Source of the DNA: Raillietiella orientalis
Lineage: Eukaryota
Length of the DNA: 64,000 nt
Direction: 5' to 3'
Assembly: GCA_036172245.1 (NCBI GenBank)
Contig: JAYWIR010000012.1
Coordinates: 2,046,001 to 2,110,000 of the forward strand
Shown piece after piece: positions 41,601-51,898 of the stretch. The translations under genes were made by a program, and so were the position numbers. Numbering within the stretch: the stretch's first letter is position 1; each line of letters begins with the position of its first letter. The notes under the pieces were generated by a model, which saw only the letters and a list, made by a program, of their open reading frames with translations, made no database searches and was not told the origin of the DNA.

Positions 41601-44600
41601 GAGGCGCTTCGCCATCTTCCCGTCCTTCGAGCGGTGAGTAGCCGCCACCTGGCTCGGCAGAGCGGGATTTCTTCCGCCTTTCCGTTCACGAGCACCATTT
41701 TGCCGGAGAGGCGCGGCGGGACACGTGTGGGGGCCACGTGACGGCCTGGATACAGGAAAGTGGACTCGGCGGCACCTTAGGGAGACGCAGGAGCAGCTGG
41801 TGCTAGAGCACGTGCCCTTTCCGCCTCCCGCGCGGTCCACGGCGGTTAATTTGCTGGACACGCCGCCGGGAGGCGCAAGCACGCATCTTTCGGAAAAGGT
41901 CGAGCAGGTCCTCATTCGTCGGGCAGGGACGCGGCCTCACTCCAAGGGGCAGAGGCGAAAGGAAGGGAAACGCGAGAGCGTCTTCAGATGCTGCGCATCT
42001 TCGCTTCGGAGCGAATTTTCGGGTCACCATGACACTCCGACTTTCCTCAGCGAGGATTTGCTCCTGTGTGGGGGTGCCGCGCGCTCGCGCGCTCTAACGG
42101 GAATCCCGCAAGCAGGCGAAGCCAACGGGCGGGACTCACTTCAAGGCCGGGATGATGTGTGTCTTGAAGTCCCCCGGGGAACCCTCCTCCATCATGTAAA
42201 AAATGGGTATCAGAACGGCTCCGGAGACGTGCTGCATCTTCAGCTCTTCTTGCAGAAAGGGGAACACTTGGCGGAACCACAGTCTCTGGAATCAGAGGAG
42301 CAGGATGAGAAGAGTAGGCGAAGGGAATATTGAGATTTCCGCGCTTCGGAGAAGAACGGAGGAGCGAGAAGAGGAAGAGGGAAGGCTCCTCGCAATCGTC
42401 CGATATTTCTAGTGAGGGTCGTCTGGGGGCTGGAAGCGGACTTCACCTCCGCGTGGTAGCGCCCAGGCGGCAGGAACGGTGCAGAGACCATCAAAGGACG
42501 CCGGGTCACGAGACTACGATGGAACTATCCGCAGGGTTGGATCGTGTCGCAAGGCCTCGGAGGCTGCGCGGAGATTCGGCTGCGGTCCATGCAACAGCTT
42601 CTCTCTAGGAAACCGTCCCGTGCAGCGGCTCCGACCCGGCATCATCGCGTGGTCTCTCTTTTTCCCTTCTTCATTCCCGCCTGAGGCCTTTCGGTTCCGT
42701 AAGGGAGAGGGCGGCCACCTGAGATGGTTTGGAGAGGGGAGGATGTCCTCAGTATCCCCCTCTAGAGACGAGGCAGAAGCTGCAGGCATGCACTGAAATG
42801 GACGCGTGCTTCCTTTGACAGTCCCGGAGAGATAAAGGAGAACTCTCCGCTTCGTTTCTTCCCATCGCGTTCCCCGGGAGCTCCCGAGTTTCCATTGCGT
42901 AAAATCCCAAGTGCGAATGGCTCGAGCTGACCCTCCTTCTGACCGCCTTAGGAGCAGCTGCTGGGACTGACTGCTCTGCTGCGCTTCGGGAAACTGCGTC
43001 CGGGTCGTCGCCATCAGCAGCTCCGATGCGGTGGATCACCCCGAGCCGGCGATGGCGCTCTCGACATCGCGCAGCGCGCGGGTGTTTGCTGCGGTCGCTC
43101 GGAATCACGTGAGAAATCGGAAGCGCATAATGAAGGAAAGGAGGAGGACGACGGAAGGAGGGAAGGAATGGGGTGGGAGCAGGACGTTCTTGGCGATCGC
43201 CTCCTTCAGGTGGGAAGTTCGGGAAGCACTGACGGATCCCCGCGTTCGCTTCCTGTCAGGTAGGCGACACGAAGACGTCCGCACCTCTCAGGTTCCTCGT
43301 TCCTTCTTCGCACAAGAGGGAGCGAGCGGCGGAGGCGAGTGGGCTGCAGTTGGGGTGCCGCGGGCTCGCGTCCAGCCGATGGACCATCCCATCGACCGTG
43401 AAGTTAGGAGCAAAGTCCCTCCTTGAATGCGGGAAAGATTTTTCCGCCGCAGAGGAGAGGCGCTTCGCTCCAGCTCGCGTAGCATCCCCTCCTCCTCCAT
43501 CAAGGCGCACGCGAGCCAGTGACGGCGGGGAGAACGCAGATGGTTCTCTCCGAGGCGAGGAAGACACTCGCAGCCTCGCGCGCACCATGTGGCGACGCGC
43601 AAATTAAAAGTGGCGGCTGCCGGGAAAAACCATCGGATAAAGTGACGGCGCTTCGCCTGGGCCACGCCCAATGGGGAGCTGCCGGGAGAGAATGCGCTCC
43701 GCGGACCATGGAAAACTTCCGAGTGGAAGTCTGGGGGATACAGAGGCGGAGAATTGTCGGAAGTGCGGTGGTTCCTTGGACAGGAACGAGATCGAACTCT
43801 AGTGGACTGCGCGGTTCATGAGTCAGGTGCCGGACGGAGCAACCACGAGGTTCCCAGAAGGAAGGGACGCGTCGGGAATCCATCAGAGGAAAAAGAACCC
43901 TGTTGCTAGGCGATGGAAGCGCGTGCCCGTGCAAAAAGACCTGAACCGACAGCACTAAGAGCGAAGCGACAACCTCCTAACGGTCGTTATGGTGATGTGC
44001 GCGCCTTGGTAAAGAAGGAGAACCGCGTCTCACTTTGCGCCTGCCAGGCGGGAAGTTCTCCGGCTCACATGCGGGAACTCCCGAATCTCGCGATCGGAGA
44101 AGCAGGAATCTTCTTGAAGAGGAAGGCGAGATCCACGTTTGGGGGCAGATCGGAGGAAGGACGACCTCGGGATGCTCCGGACGCTCGGACGCACTCGGAG
44201 GGAGTGGTGCAGGAAGGGTGCACTTGACAACTGCCAGAAAACTCCACGGGATGTCGCCGAGGAGACGCATGGGGTGCACCTGCGGGGGGGCAGCTTGGCG
44301 GAAGAGCGGTTTCTCCGAAGATCACGCTAAGAGCCTGGTCCGGACAAATGGAGGAAACGGGGGGGGGGGGCAACCAGAAGACTCAGGAGACGAGTCGTCT
44401 TCCGATCTGGCACGCTCCCAGAGGTCGGGAAGACTCCTGCTTGCCGGTATGATCCGGAACCGGTTCGAGGGTTCATCCATTCGGAGTTTCCCTCAGCCTT
44501 CCGCCCATGCACGCGTTAGCCGACCACTTCCCCTCCTACCCTCCATCCGGGCGGTTCAGTCAGACGGCGGAATCTGGGATCGAAAATCCCGGTTTCGATG

Positions 44601-47600
44601 ATGACGATCTTTCCGCCTCTATCCCACCTGCCCCTTGACTTCAAAAACTCTGGGGAGGGCCTGCTCTGATCTGGATACCCTTCCGCGGCCTTCGATTGCG
44701 AGTTACACCTCGTGGCACGGCTTCAGACTGAGGAAAGGACGAGGAGGGCCACATGTTCGCCAGCGCCGTCCACGCGGGCGGCCCGACGAATAACCGCGAA
44801 GGCAGGCTGAGGGTCACGTGGCGCCACCCCACAATCGGACAACCAGGACTCCATAGGAGGGATGAAGGTGGAGCAGGCGATCAACCTGTCACCATGATCC
44901 ATCAGAAGGTGCACCTCCGGAAGAGGCGGACGCGCTGTTCTGAGCCGACTCGCCATCCTGTGGAAGGAGGGAGCTCTGTTCACTCCCTTCCCTCCCTCCC
45001 AAAAGCCAAGTTCGGCTGGATGATGGACGTCGTTTCTTTCCTGTCTTCGCTGCTTTCTTTCTAGTTTTTTTTTGGTTCGCTGAGTAGCTCAAGAGCCGTC
45101 GCTTCCCTGGGGGCGTTTCGCTCAGCTCTTTGTCGCTGTTCTACGCTACCCATGGTTGCATGTAATTCTTCAAGATAGGGGGCACCCCGGGAGGGGATCG
45201 CCCTGTGAATCCAGGAAGGGTCCGGAGTCCGTTCCTCTCACATCTGGGGAGGGAACCCAGGAATGAAGATCACCTCCACCCTGGTTGTCTCCGAAAGGAA
45301 ACACCGGACAGAAATCTCTTTCCTTATTTTCTCCGGAATGACCCACGGAAAGGATCCGCTAGTAGGAATTTCTTCTCCGGGAGGAACCCACAAGGGAACC
45401 GCTCCTGTTTTTATTCCTCTGAAGAGAACCCCGAAGGGGAGTTTCCGAAATTTAGAAGGGCGCTGCTTCCCCAAAGGGAACGGCTCGTTTCCCGGGACTG
45501 TCTGAAGAGGTGGCGGCAACACATCTCCATCAGTACGAAGTGGAGGGTCCCCCCGGGAATGAGGGGTCCTCTTCTTCACAACTGGAGGGAAGCTTCCACT
45601 CTTTAATTCCTGGAAGGACCCGGAGGTCGACTCTCATTGTCCCGGACCTCATCGGGGGCATCCGATTTCAACTGCTACCGGTGCTGCACCCGAATGAATA
45701 GAGGCCAACCAGCGTCATCTTTCGGGAAAAAGTCGAACCCACGCACTGCATCAATTCTTTCGGAATATTCGAACCCATGACGCATGGTACCATGCGCGGA
45801 GACCGTAATTACGTGGCCTCGCGATGCGTCCCTCCCTCTCTGAAGCGAAGGCAGCGGAGTACAAGCACCAGTCTCTCCGCAAAAAAAAGTAATCTTGGAT
45901 GTTGCCATCCCAGCTGAAATCCTCGCGGATCGCCTGACGATTCCAGCCGGAATTATCGAGGTCGGTGCAACGGGACGCACACGATTCCTGGTCGGAAGAC
46001 CTTTGGGATTCCCCCGAGAATAGCCTTCCTCAATGGGCGTCGGAGTCTGGCTGCACGTTGTCCATTTCTCGACGCGAGCTGCCACCAAGAGGGGACGTGG
46101 TCCAAGTTGACTGCGTCCTCGGTAGCGAACGCTCTTTCCAGAAGCCAATCCCTAGACGGGGGAAGAGGGCGGGAGAGGTGAGGATCCCTGGGCGCAACAA
46201 CGGGCCCTCCAGAGGACGGTAAAAGTCCAAGAAAGGCGCAGTGGTAAGGAGACAGCTACCTGCGAGCGGAGTCGCAGTGAGGGGCTGGATGGAAGCGCTC
46301 TTCATTTTGAGGGAGGCACCGCGACTGGTGGAAGGTCCTCACCCGGAATAAAGAGGCAGACAGGAGACGCGACGAAGATGTTGGGAGCTACTGGAAAACT
46401 TTGGGCGAGCTCCAGCGACTGAAAAGTGTGAGGGCACTTCTTTTCCTTCGAGCGGTCGGTTGTCCCCAATGACAGACCTGCGGAAGGGCAGGCGGCACCA
46501 AAGAGCAGCTCCTTCACTGGAGTTTCGTCACACAGAATGGTGACGATCGCTGCCTCAATCCGTGGAGTCGACCACTGGAGACAGAGAGGGCGCTGGGCCA
46601 CTCACTATCCAACGGCCCACAAAAATGCAACGCGTCGTAGGCGAGTCATGAGAATCATTTTAGATGACCTTCGAGGGTGCTTGGGCAACGAGCACAAGAC
46701 AGCCCACTAGCCAACTGGACAGTTAGCAGGGATGGTGGGAGCACTCTGGAAAGTTCCAAGATGGCGTAGGATCACGACTGACACTTTCGGTCGGCATAGG
46801 AAGCAGTGATCCTTTAAGCGAGAAGCCCTTGTTTTCTTCTGCAGAGGCGTTCCGTGGCTACCTCTGGCTCCACCGATTGACTTTTTCAGTGTGATCTTTC
46901 TCTGATCTCTTCGTTTGTTTGCTCCCTCTGAGTCTTCACTCGGAAGAGGAACCCAGGCTCTGATCGAGGCAAGCGCCTCCTTCGTTCCACTTCTCTGGAT
47001 GAGCAGAAGGGTGAAGATGCCTCTGCTTCGACATCGGGGCGAGATAAACTCGAAGGATCCGTCCCTTGCTCCCGAGCGATGCCTGAACATCCCGTAAAGA
47101 GGGAGCAAACCAAGGGGGCCGACAGCGCTCCATCCGTCCTGCCGGAATCCTCAAATCGCAAGAGAGGGCTCCATCTGCAGCTGCACGCCGTGGGCCTCGT
47201 CCTTCCGCTTCCCTCTTGAGGAAGGGCATCGTCGCTTGTCCTGCGGGGATCGCCTGATCCTCCGGTGGCGCGCGGCAACAGCGCTTTTGGAGTGTCTGAA
47301 GAGGGGACCCGCGCGTGGGTGCGTGCAGGACACGGCGGTGCTACGTGCCGGACGTGACGGCGCCACGGGAATGCTGCCTGCTGCGGTTCGACAGCATGGC
47401 CTAGCATGTCAGAGATGCCGACTGCCATTCTCAAAAGGGGAGTAGGAAAAGAGGGGGGGAGGAGTTTCTTGAGGCAGGGAATGACGGGGAGGCCCACCGC
47501 AGAAGTTACGGTGGTAATGCCCCACCCCGCCCTTCCCTCTCCACGCTTCCAGGACTCTCTGTCGCGGGTCCCCGCGAACGGACCAGACCAGAAAGCCCGC

Positions 47601-48632
47601 GCGCGTGACCGGAAGAGACGATGCGGAAAGCGGAACCCCCTGACAAGCAGAAGTCTGAGCAGACAAAAGATGCGGAAGACAAAACCGGACTGATGGAGTC
47701 CGGGAGGTGGAAGAAGTGGCGACCGGGAAACCCTAGGGTCATCCCTAGAGTTCGCGAGTTCCAGGTTGTTCACAGGACCAGAGTTCTTGCAGGGAAAGTA
47801 GACTGCAAGGGAGAAGGTGAAAGAACGGCTGCTGAACGTTGAAGGCTGATCCACCGAAGAGCGGAAAACGGGGGCTGCGGAGCTTCTCTCCCGAGGGGAA
47901 AAGTTTCTCAGGTGCTTCCTCCCGGCTGGGAGCCAGGGAAAAGGGCGATCCCCGCACTCGCTCCCTCACTCTTTGTTCTGTCTTCTGCTCCCCCCTACTC
48001 GCGTGAGCCCTCTTTCCTTCGCCCTCACCATTAAGCGCATTCCACGGATATCGCAGGAGGAAAAACGCATCCATATTTCAAGCGCAAGAGGAAGATGACA
48101 GCGGATGCTGCATCTGCATTCAACCCATGAGAGACGCGGAGGGAACTCGCGTTAAAGACCCAGCGAGCGGAAGGGCAAACCCCGACGGGGGGGAACAGCG
48201 CTCTGCTCGAGTCCCCTTCCGAACGCAGGAGAGCAGTGGTACGTATGCCGTGAGGATGGACCAACAGGCGGACGACTGGCGATCGACCGCGACGCGTCTC
48301 CCCCGTGCTCGATGGGAACAGACGGGATTCGGTGAGCCTGTGGTTCGCCAGCGAGGTGCACGCTCGGACGCGTATCTCGCCGGCCTGAGAGATTGCCGTG
48401 GAGACAAGGATGGGGTCGGAAGGAAGCGAGAGAGGGCGGCACCGGACTGCGAGACGCTCGCAGCCTGGGAAAGGCGGCGTTTCGGACCGAGGAGATCAAG
48501 CAAAGCGACGGCGTTACCTTTGGTATGACTGGTAGGACGTCCATCAGCATGTGGGAGTAAAAGTTGGTCTTCTGCTCCACGTCTCTCCTGCTGATTATGT
48601 CGAGATACTGAAGGGAACTGACGACTGCATCG
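23602..48632 (-). CDS. SCYL2: SCY1-like protein 2-type pseudokinase, 3' part (HEAT repeats plus C-terminal tail); kinase exons not located
   Basis: Eight phase-compatible GT-AG exons: 48632-48518, 42285-42140, 34635-34482, 29709-29460, 28296-28128, 27458-27277, 27224-26989, 23790-23638 (or read-through to the stop at 23602). Peptides such as LQYLDIISRRDVEQKTNFY, IDDILPIIWDIKLQD, IYRLMLTDKKYGLTVNLMATKAMPLLIPQTVNPLLNLEQF, RKTSSAE, NFLRV..RRLSDN and LQQLGSGM match the SCYL2 family, especially the invertebrate paralog group. Orthology to SCYL2 itself is not established. Confidence 0.85.
23638..23790 (-). CDS. SCYL2-like exon FFPFGGRSAPG..GQGSFLQQLGSGM
   Basis: ttcccggtgcag| acceptor and ATG|gtagga donor; 153 nt, phase 0; LQQLGSGM motif. 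Confidence 0.75.
26070..26560 (-). mobile_element. SINE-like element, copy 2 (3' body only)
   Basis: ccccgggaggggaccgccctatgaatctaggaagggcccggagtccg..ccaccctgcttgtctccgaagagaaacc aligns with 15375-15720. Confidence 0.8.
26989..27224 (-). CDS. SCYL2-like exon (V)HSSPDSSNFLRVQAAFCSRRLSDN..GSLTPT
   Basis: Follows a 52-nt intron (27225-27276); ACG|gtgagt donor; 236 nt, phase 1 to 0. Confidence 0.85.
27277..27458 (-). CDS. SCYL2-like exon QQRNQLKLDHIK..RKTSSAEEVYKYLSSHS
   Basis: cccgcag| and G|gtaggt; 182 nt, phase 2 to 1. Confidence 0.85.
28128..28296 (-). CDS. SCYL2-like exon (D)IYRLMLTDKKYG..SDMMDHID(R)
   Basis: cttccag| and AG|gtgagg; 169 nt, phase 1 to 2. Confidence 0.92.
28490..28548. repeat. 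27-bp hairpin with one mismatch and a 5-nt loop, intronic
   Basis: aatgacctccctacccagagctagggc-ggggg-gccctagctctgggtacggaggtcatt. Confidence 0.95.
29460..29709 (-). CDS. SCYL2-like exon KAALVAISNLPEHLEESAV..LQDAEVISRIV
   Basis: tttccag| and G|gtgaga; 250 nt, phase 0 to 1. Confidence 0.92.
31085..31395. repeat. Degenerate ~28-bp AT-rich minisatellite, about 8 units
   Basis: Units such as cattaaaataccaacgtctacacacccc / cattggcacagcaacatctacacatccc / cattaacataccgaaatctacgcatctc / tattgaaatatcaacgtctacccatctc. Confidence 0.85.
34482..34635 (-). CDS. SCYL2-like exon SLLTVHASVQATIVLLENLHRII..KGPVNVQ
   Basis: tttccag| and CAG|gtaagc; 154 nt, phase 2 to 0. Confidence 0.9.
36095..36304. mobile_element. 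MITE-like foldback: 62-bp inverted arms (56/62 identical) with an 86-bp spacer
   Basis: 36095-36156 gagggaccaaagaggaacgaaccttcgagagtctgttgcccttccgga.. matches the reverse complement of 36243-36304. Confidence 0.7.
37410..38180 (-). mobile_element. SINE-like element, copy 3 (diverged, near full length)
   Basis: Body similarity (ctcttcaag..gggagggactgccctacgaatccaggaagg; ggacccggagggt; ccagtgccgccgcacccgaa). Head on the minus strand: gcgcggtaccggcactcgtgggttcgaatcccc. Confidence 0.65.
39865..39958. repeat. Purine-rich (GAA)-like low-complexity tract
   Basis: gagagaaagaagaaagagg..gaagaagaagaagaaagagg. Confidence 0.85.
42140..42285 (-). CDS. SCYL2-like exon RLWFRQVFPFLQEELKMQHVSGAVLIPIFYMMEEGSPGDFKTHIIPAL(K)
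   Basis: gattccag| and AA|gtgagt; 146 nt, phase 0 to 2; not represented in the ORF track. Confidence 0.88.
45062..45818 (-). mobile_element. SINE-like element, copy 4 (head to A-rich tail)
   Basis: Head ttacggtctccgcgcatggtaccatgcgtcatgggttcgaat; core near-identical to copy 1; T-run at ~45065-45073 on + would be the A tail. Confidence 0.8.
48518..48632 (-). CDS. SCYL2-like exon DAVVSSLQYLDIISRRDVEQKTNFYSHMLMDVLPVIPK
   Basis: cacgtag| acceptor and AAG|gtaacg donor; 115 nt, phase 2 to 0. Confidence 0.85.
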
Positions 48633-50289
48633 CTACGTGAAGACAAATGGTCCAGTTTTAAGATTGCATTTTGCACGCGACACGGTTGCACGGGAGAGAT
48701 AAGTCATCGCTTCCATGAAACGCGACGTGCGAACGTGTCTGAGCAAACGATGAGCAAATGAGGGAAGCAGACAGACAGATGGTTGGACAGGAGCTTCGAG
48801 CTGGTTCCAGCACGGATTCCAGTTAATGAAGTCTTCAGTGAGGGAATCAGCTTGCGAGGAAGGAGATGCTCACGTCCCTCCCTTCCTCCCCTTTCCCTTC
48901 CGCCCAAAACAAAACAAAACAAAAAACGAAAGCAAATTCAACGGGAAGACAAGGAGACTCCGGCCGCCGCCGCGACTGTGAGGGAGGTGCTCTGGTGTCT
49001 CCGGCCTTCAACTTGTTACGGGGAAGAGTCGGGATGCGGACGAAGAGGGATCCTGGGCTGAAGTGTTTCGGGAGGAGCAGCCTGCAGACGTGAAAGCCAG
49101 AGACCATTCCTGACACGTCCCAGGCTTTGTCGCCGGCCAGAAATTTATTTTTTTTGCTTCTTCCGTTTCCGTCGTCGATTTTCTTGCCGCTGTCGCAGCT
49201 TTTGGGCTGTCGTAAATCGCGAGAGGAAAGAGGGATCGCCATGAGACGAAATACCGCGCCACCTTTCCATCCTGCCGGACCGAACAGACTCCCCGCCAGT
49301 TACTTATAATTATCGACTCCCCCTAATTATAAGTGACGACTTGCTAACTCTCTCCGTTTGCAGCCATCCTGGTCAAAGCCTGGGGTATCCACCGTGCAGA
49401 CTTGCCTCCGTATTCGAGGCGAAACCTGATACAGCTCCCTCCCCTACTTCCTTTTGTTGTCATAGAAACGGAGGTGCTTCTCGAAATGCCGGGAATGGGG
49501 AGCATCCTGCTCACACACCCGATGCGATTCCCTGCGTTGGGAAAAGAAAAACCGCGCTGAGGGTTTTCAGGATCCCCTTCGAGCAAAGCTGGAACGCTCG
49601 GACTCTCGAGCGCGCGAATCTTTCCCTGCTCCCCTCCCCTTTCCCTCTGAAGATGCTTTTGCTTGGGTCTGTTAACGAGTAGGGAAGGCTTCTTGCAGCG
49701 GCTCTGCACGAGGCACACCACCGCAAGGCACGCCCCCACTGTCAAGATGGTTTCCTGACTTTAATGCGCGGTTTCCCAGTGCAAGACTCCCTCAGGCGTG
49801 TTGCAAAAACCAGCGAAAGATGCTGACAACGGCAGCAGGGTTCGGAAGAGGAAAGAACGGGGCTCAGTAGCGCGCCAATGGGAAACACTCCCTGATCGAA
49901 AGAGGGATGGCGCGCAGGCAAGAGAGCTGTGTGGGCGCCACATGCTTTAGGCCAGGGAGAACATCGAGAAGAGGGACGAATGCTTTATCCCAAGGGCAAT
50001 CGTGTGGCCGTGGCCCTTGCTGAAGAGTACACAACCCTCCCAGACCCAGCTACGAGCCGGAAAGCTCACGCTTCGCAGTCGCTTTTTCCCTGGCGAACGG
50101 GCCGTGGCAATTTTGCGGGCAAGTGGTGCTCTGAATAATGCCTGCTGCTTTGCATGCCACAGGTCCTGCCTGTCTGCTGCATCCGCTCCACGAGAAGGAA
50201 AACTTCCCTCTTGAGGAGTCCCAGGTGAGGGTGCTGTCGGTAGCCCTCGCTGTACCCAACTCAGGATCCTATAAAGTGTCCTTGGCCTG

Positions 50290-50430
50290 CGTCGACATCC
50301 GGGTGGCTGAGGTCTTCGCGCGTAGTACCAGGCGTTGTGGGTTCGAATCCCACCCGGGGAAGAATCGGCACCGAGAACGGGGTGTGTGGGGGTTCCAAGT
50401 GCTCCCCCCCCGCAAGATGACGCTGGTTGC
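50290..50430 (+). mobile_element. SINE-like element head fragment (tRNA-like)
   Basis: gtggctgaggtcttcgcgcgtagtacc..gtggg-ttcgaat-cccac T-arm, then aagatgacgctggttg as in the family core. Confidence 0.65.
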
Positions 50431-51621
50431 TGGGTGGAGGTGCAGGGATTCACCACGCGCCTTGCAGGGGCTGCGACTCCCCCGGACAGGCCATGCTGCA
50501 GAGGAGGAGGGCAGCAAGGGAGTGCGGCCCCTTCCCTTTCTCGGAGGAGAGTGCGCCTGTTCCCGAGGTTCGAATGACAGGGGTGGTGAAGGCCCGACTC
50601 AGGCCGGAATACTCTTTGGGATTTCGGTTGCGGAAAGTAATCTCCACCGTGAACACCTCGTGGGCGCGCTGGAGAGCAGCGAAGCGGGAATAGCGACCTC
50701 AAGGTAGAACTTCCGGGGCAAGAGAAAGGGTGAGGACAACGGAGCCGCTCTCAGGAGAGCCGGAGATGGAGGAGGGAGGTTGTCCCCGGCAACCACGTTT
50801 GGTCAGGCGCGTGGTGGCCAGGTCACCTTCCAGCAGGGTCCCTGAGGCGGACTGCGAGGCGAAGGAGTGCCCACCGCTGGTGGCAGACGGGAATTTCCTT
50901 AGCGCGTTCCGTCGGTCCATCTTAATTGCGCCGCCTCGGGAAAGGTCCAGCGGGCCGGAGCTGCGACTTCGGGCCGGGGTTGCCAGAGAAATCCCAATAG
51001 CTCTTTCTGAGGAATGGGAACGTTCGATCCTTCCCCGCCTCGACGACGAGTCCGGGAGGACCCGCGGATGCCGACGGTTTCCCGGTCGCATCCCTCCCAC
51101 GCCAAAGAGTAAGTCGGGCAGGATGAATCGCGCCAAGAGGCGGCGAAGGCGCACCCTTTGCGCGGGTTTTACCGTTAGCCCGGGCTCTTCCTAAATCGGA
51201 GGCGAGCCATGGATCAGGAGAGGAGGAGGGTCGTAAGACAAAGCGTAAAAATGCATGGATGCTGCGCTCCCTAGGAGGAAGGTGGGAAAGGAGTAGGTGT
51301 GAACTTCCTGATGGATACGATCCCAGGAAGATCCGGGAAAAACTCAGGTGAGATGGGAGAATCCCATTTGTCGGAAGAATTAAAAGCAGCAGGATTCGTT
51401 ATGGGAACCTGACGCGAAGATTAAAGAGAAACGGGAGAGTACAATGGTTTAAAAGAGGTGAAGCTGCCCGAATCTACATGTAGGCAATTAGCGAGATAAA
51501 AGCTCTCCAAGTGGATTCGCAACAGGAGGTCTCGAGGGCGATCGATTTGGTGCGGAGATGCGAAGCCGGAAGCAGCTGCGGAATTCGCGGGGGAGACTCC
51601 GAAAAGTGCGGACCCCGGTCG

Positions 51622-51898
51622 ACAGGAAAGGAAAAGAGAAAGGAGGGGAGGAAGAGTGAGGAGAAAGAGTGTGGAGAGGAAGGGAAGACAGGAAGAAGGA
51701 GGAGGAAGAGGGGGTGAGGAAAGGGGGAGGAGTAAGAGGAGAGGAGAAAAAGGGTGGAGGGGGAAGACGGGGTGGGAAGGAGGAGGAAGGGAGAGGTGGA
51801 ACGAGGAGGAAGAGGGGGCAGAAAGAGAAGAAGGAAGAAAGGGGAAGAGGAGAGAAGGAGGAAAGGAAGAAGGAAAGAAAAGAGGAGGAATAGAAAGA
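51622..51898. repeat. ~275-bp polypurine/polypyrimidine tract
   Basis: Almost exclusively G/A on the + strand. Confidence 0.9.

Noticed and set aside
49302..49334. 11-bp AT-rich inverted repeat
   Set aside because: Short and weak, with no supporting context.
50290..50360. tRNA gene
   Set aside because: The T-arm is good but the acceptor and anticodon stems do not pair, and it continues into SINE-family sequence.
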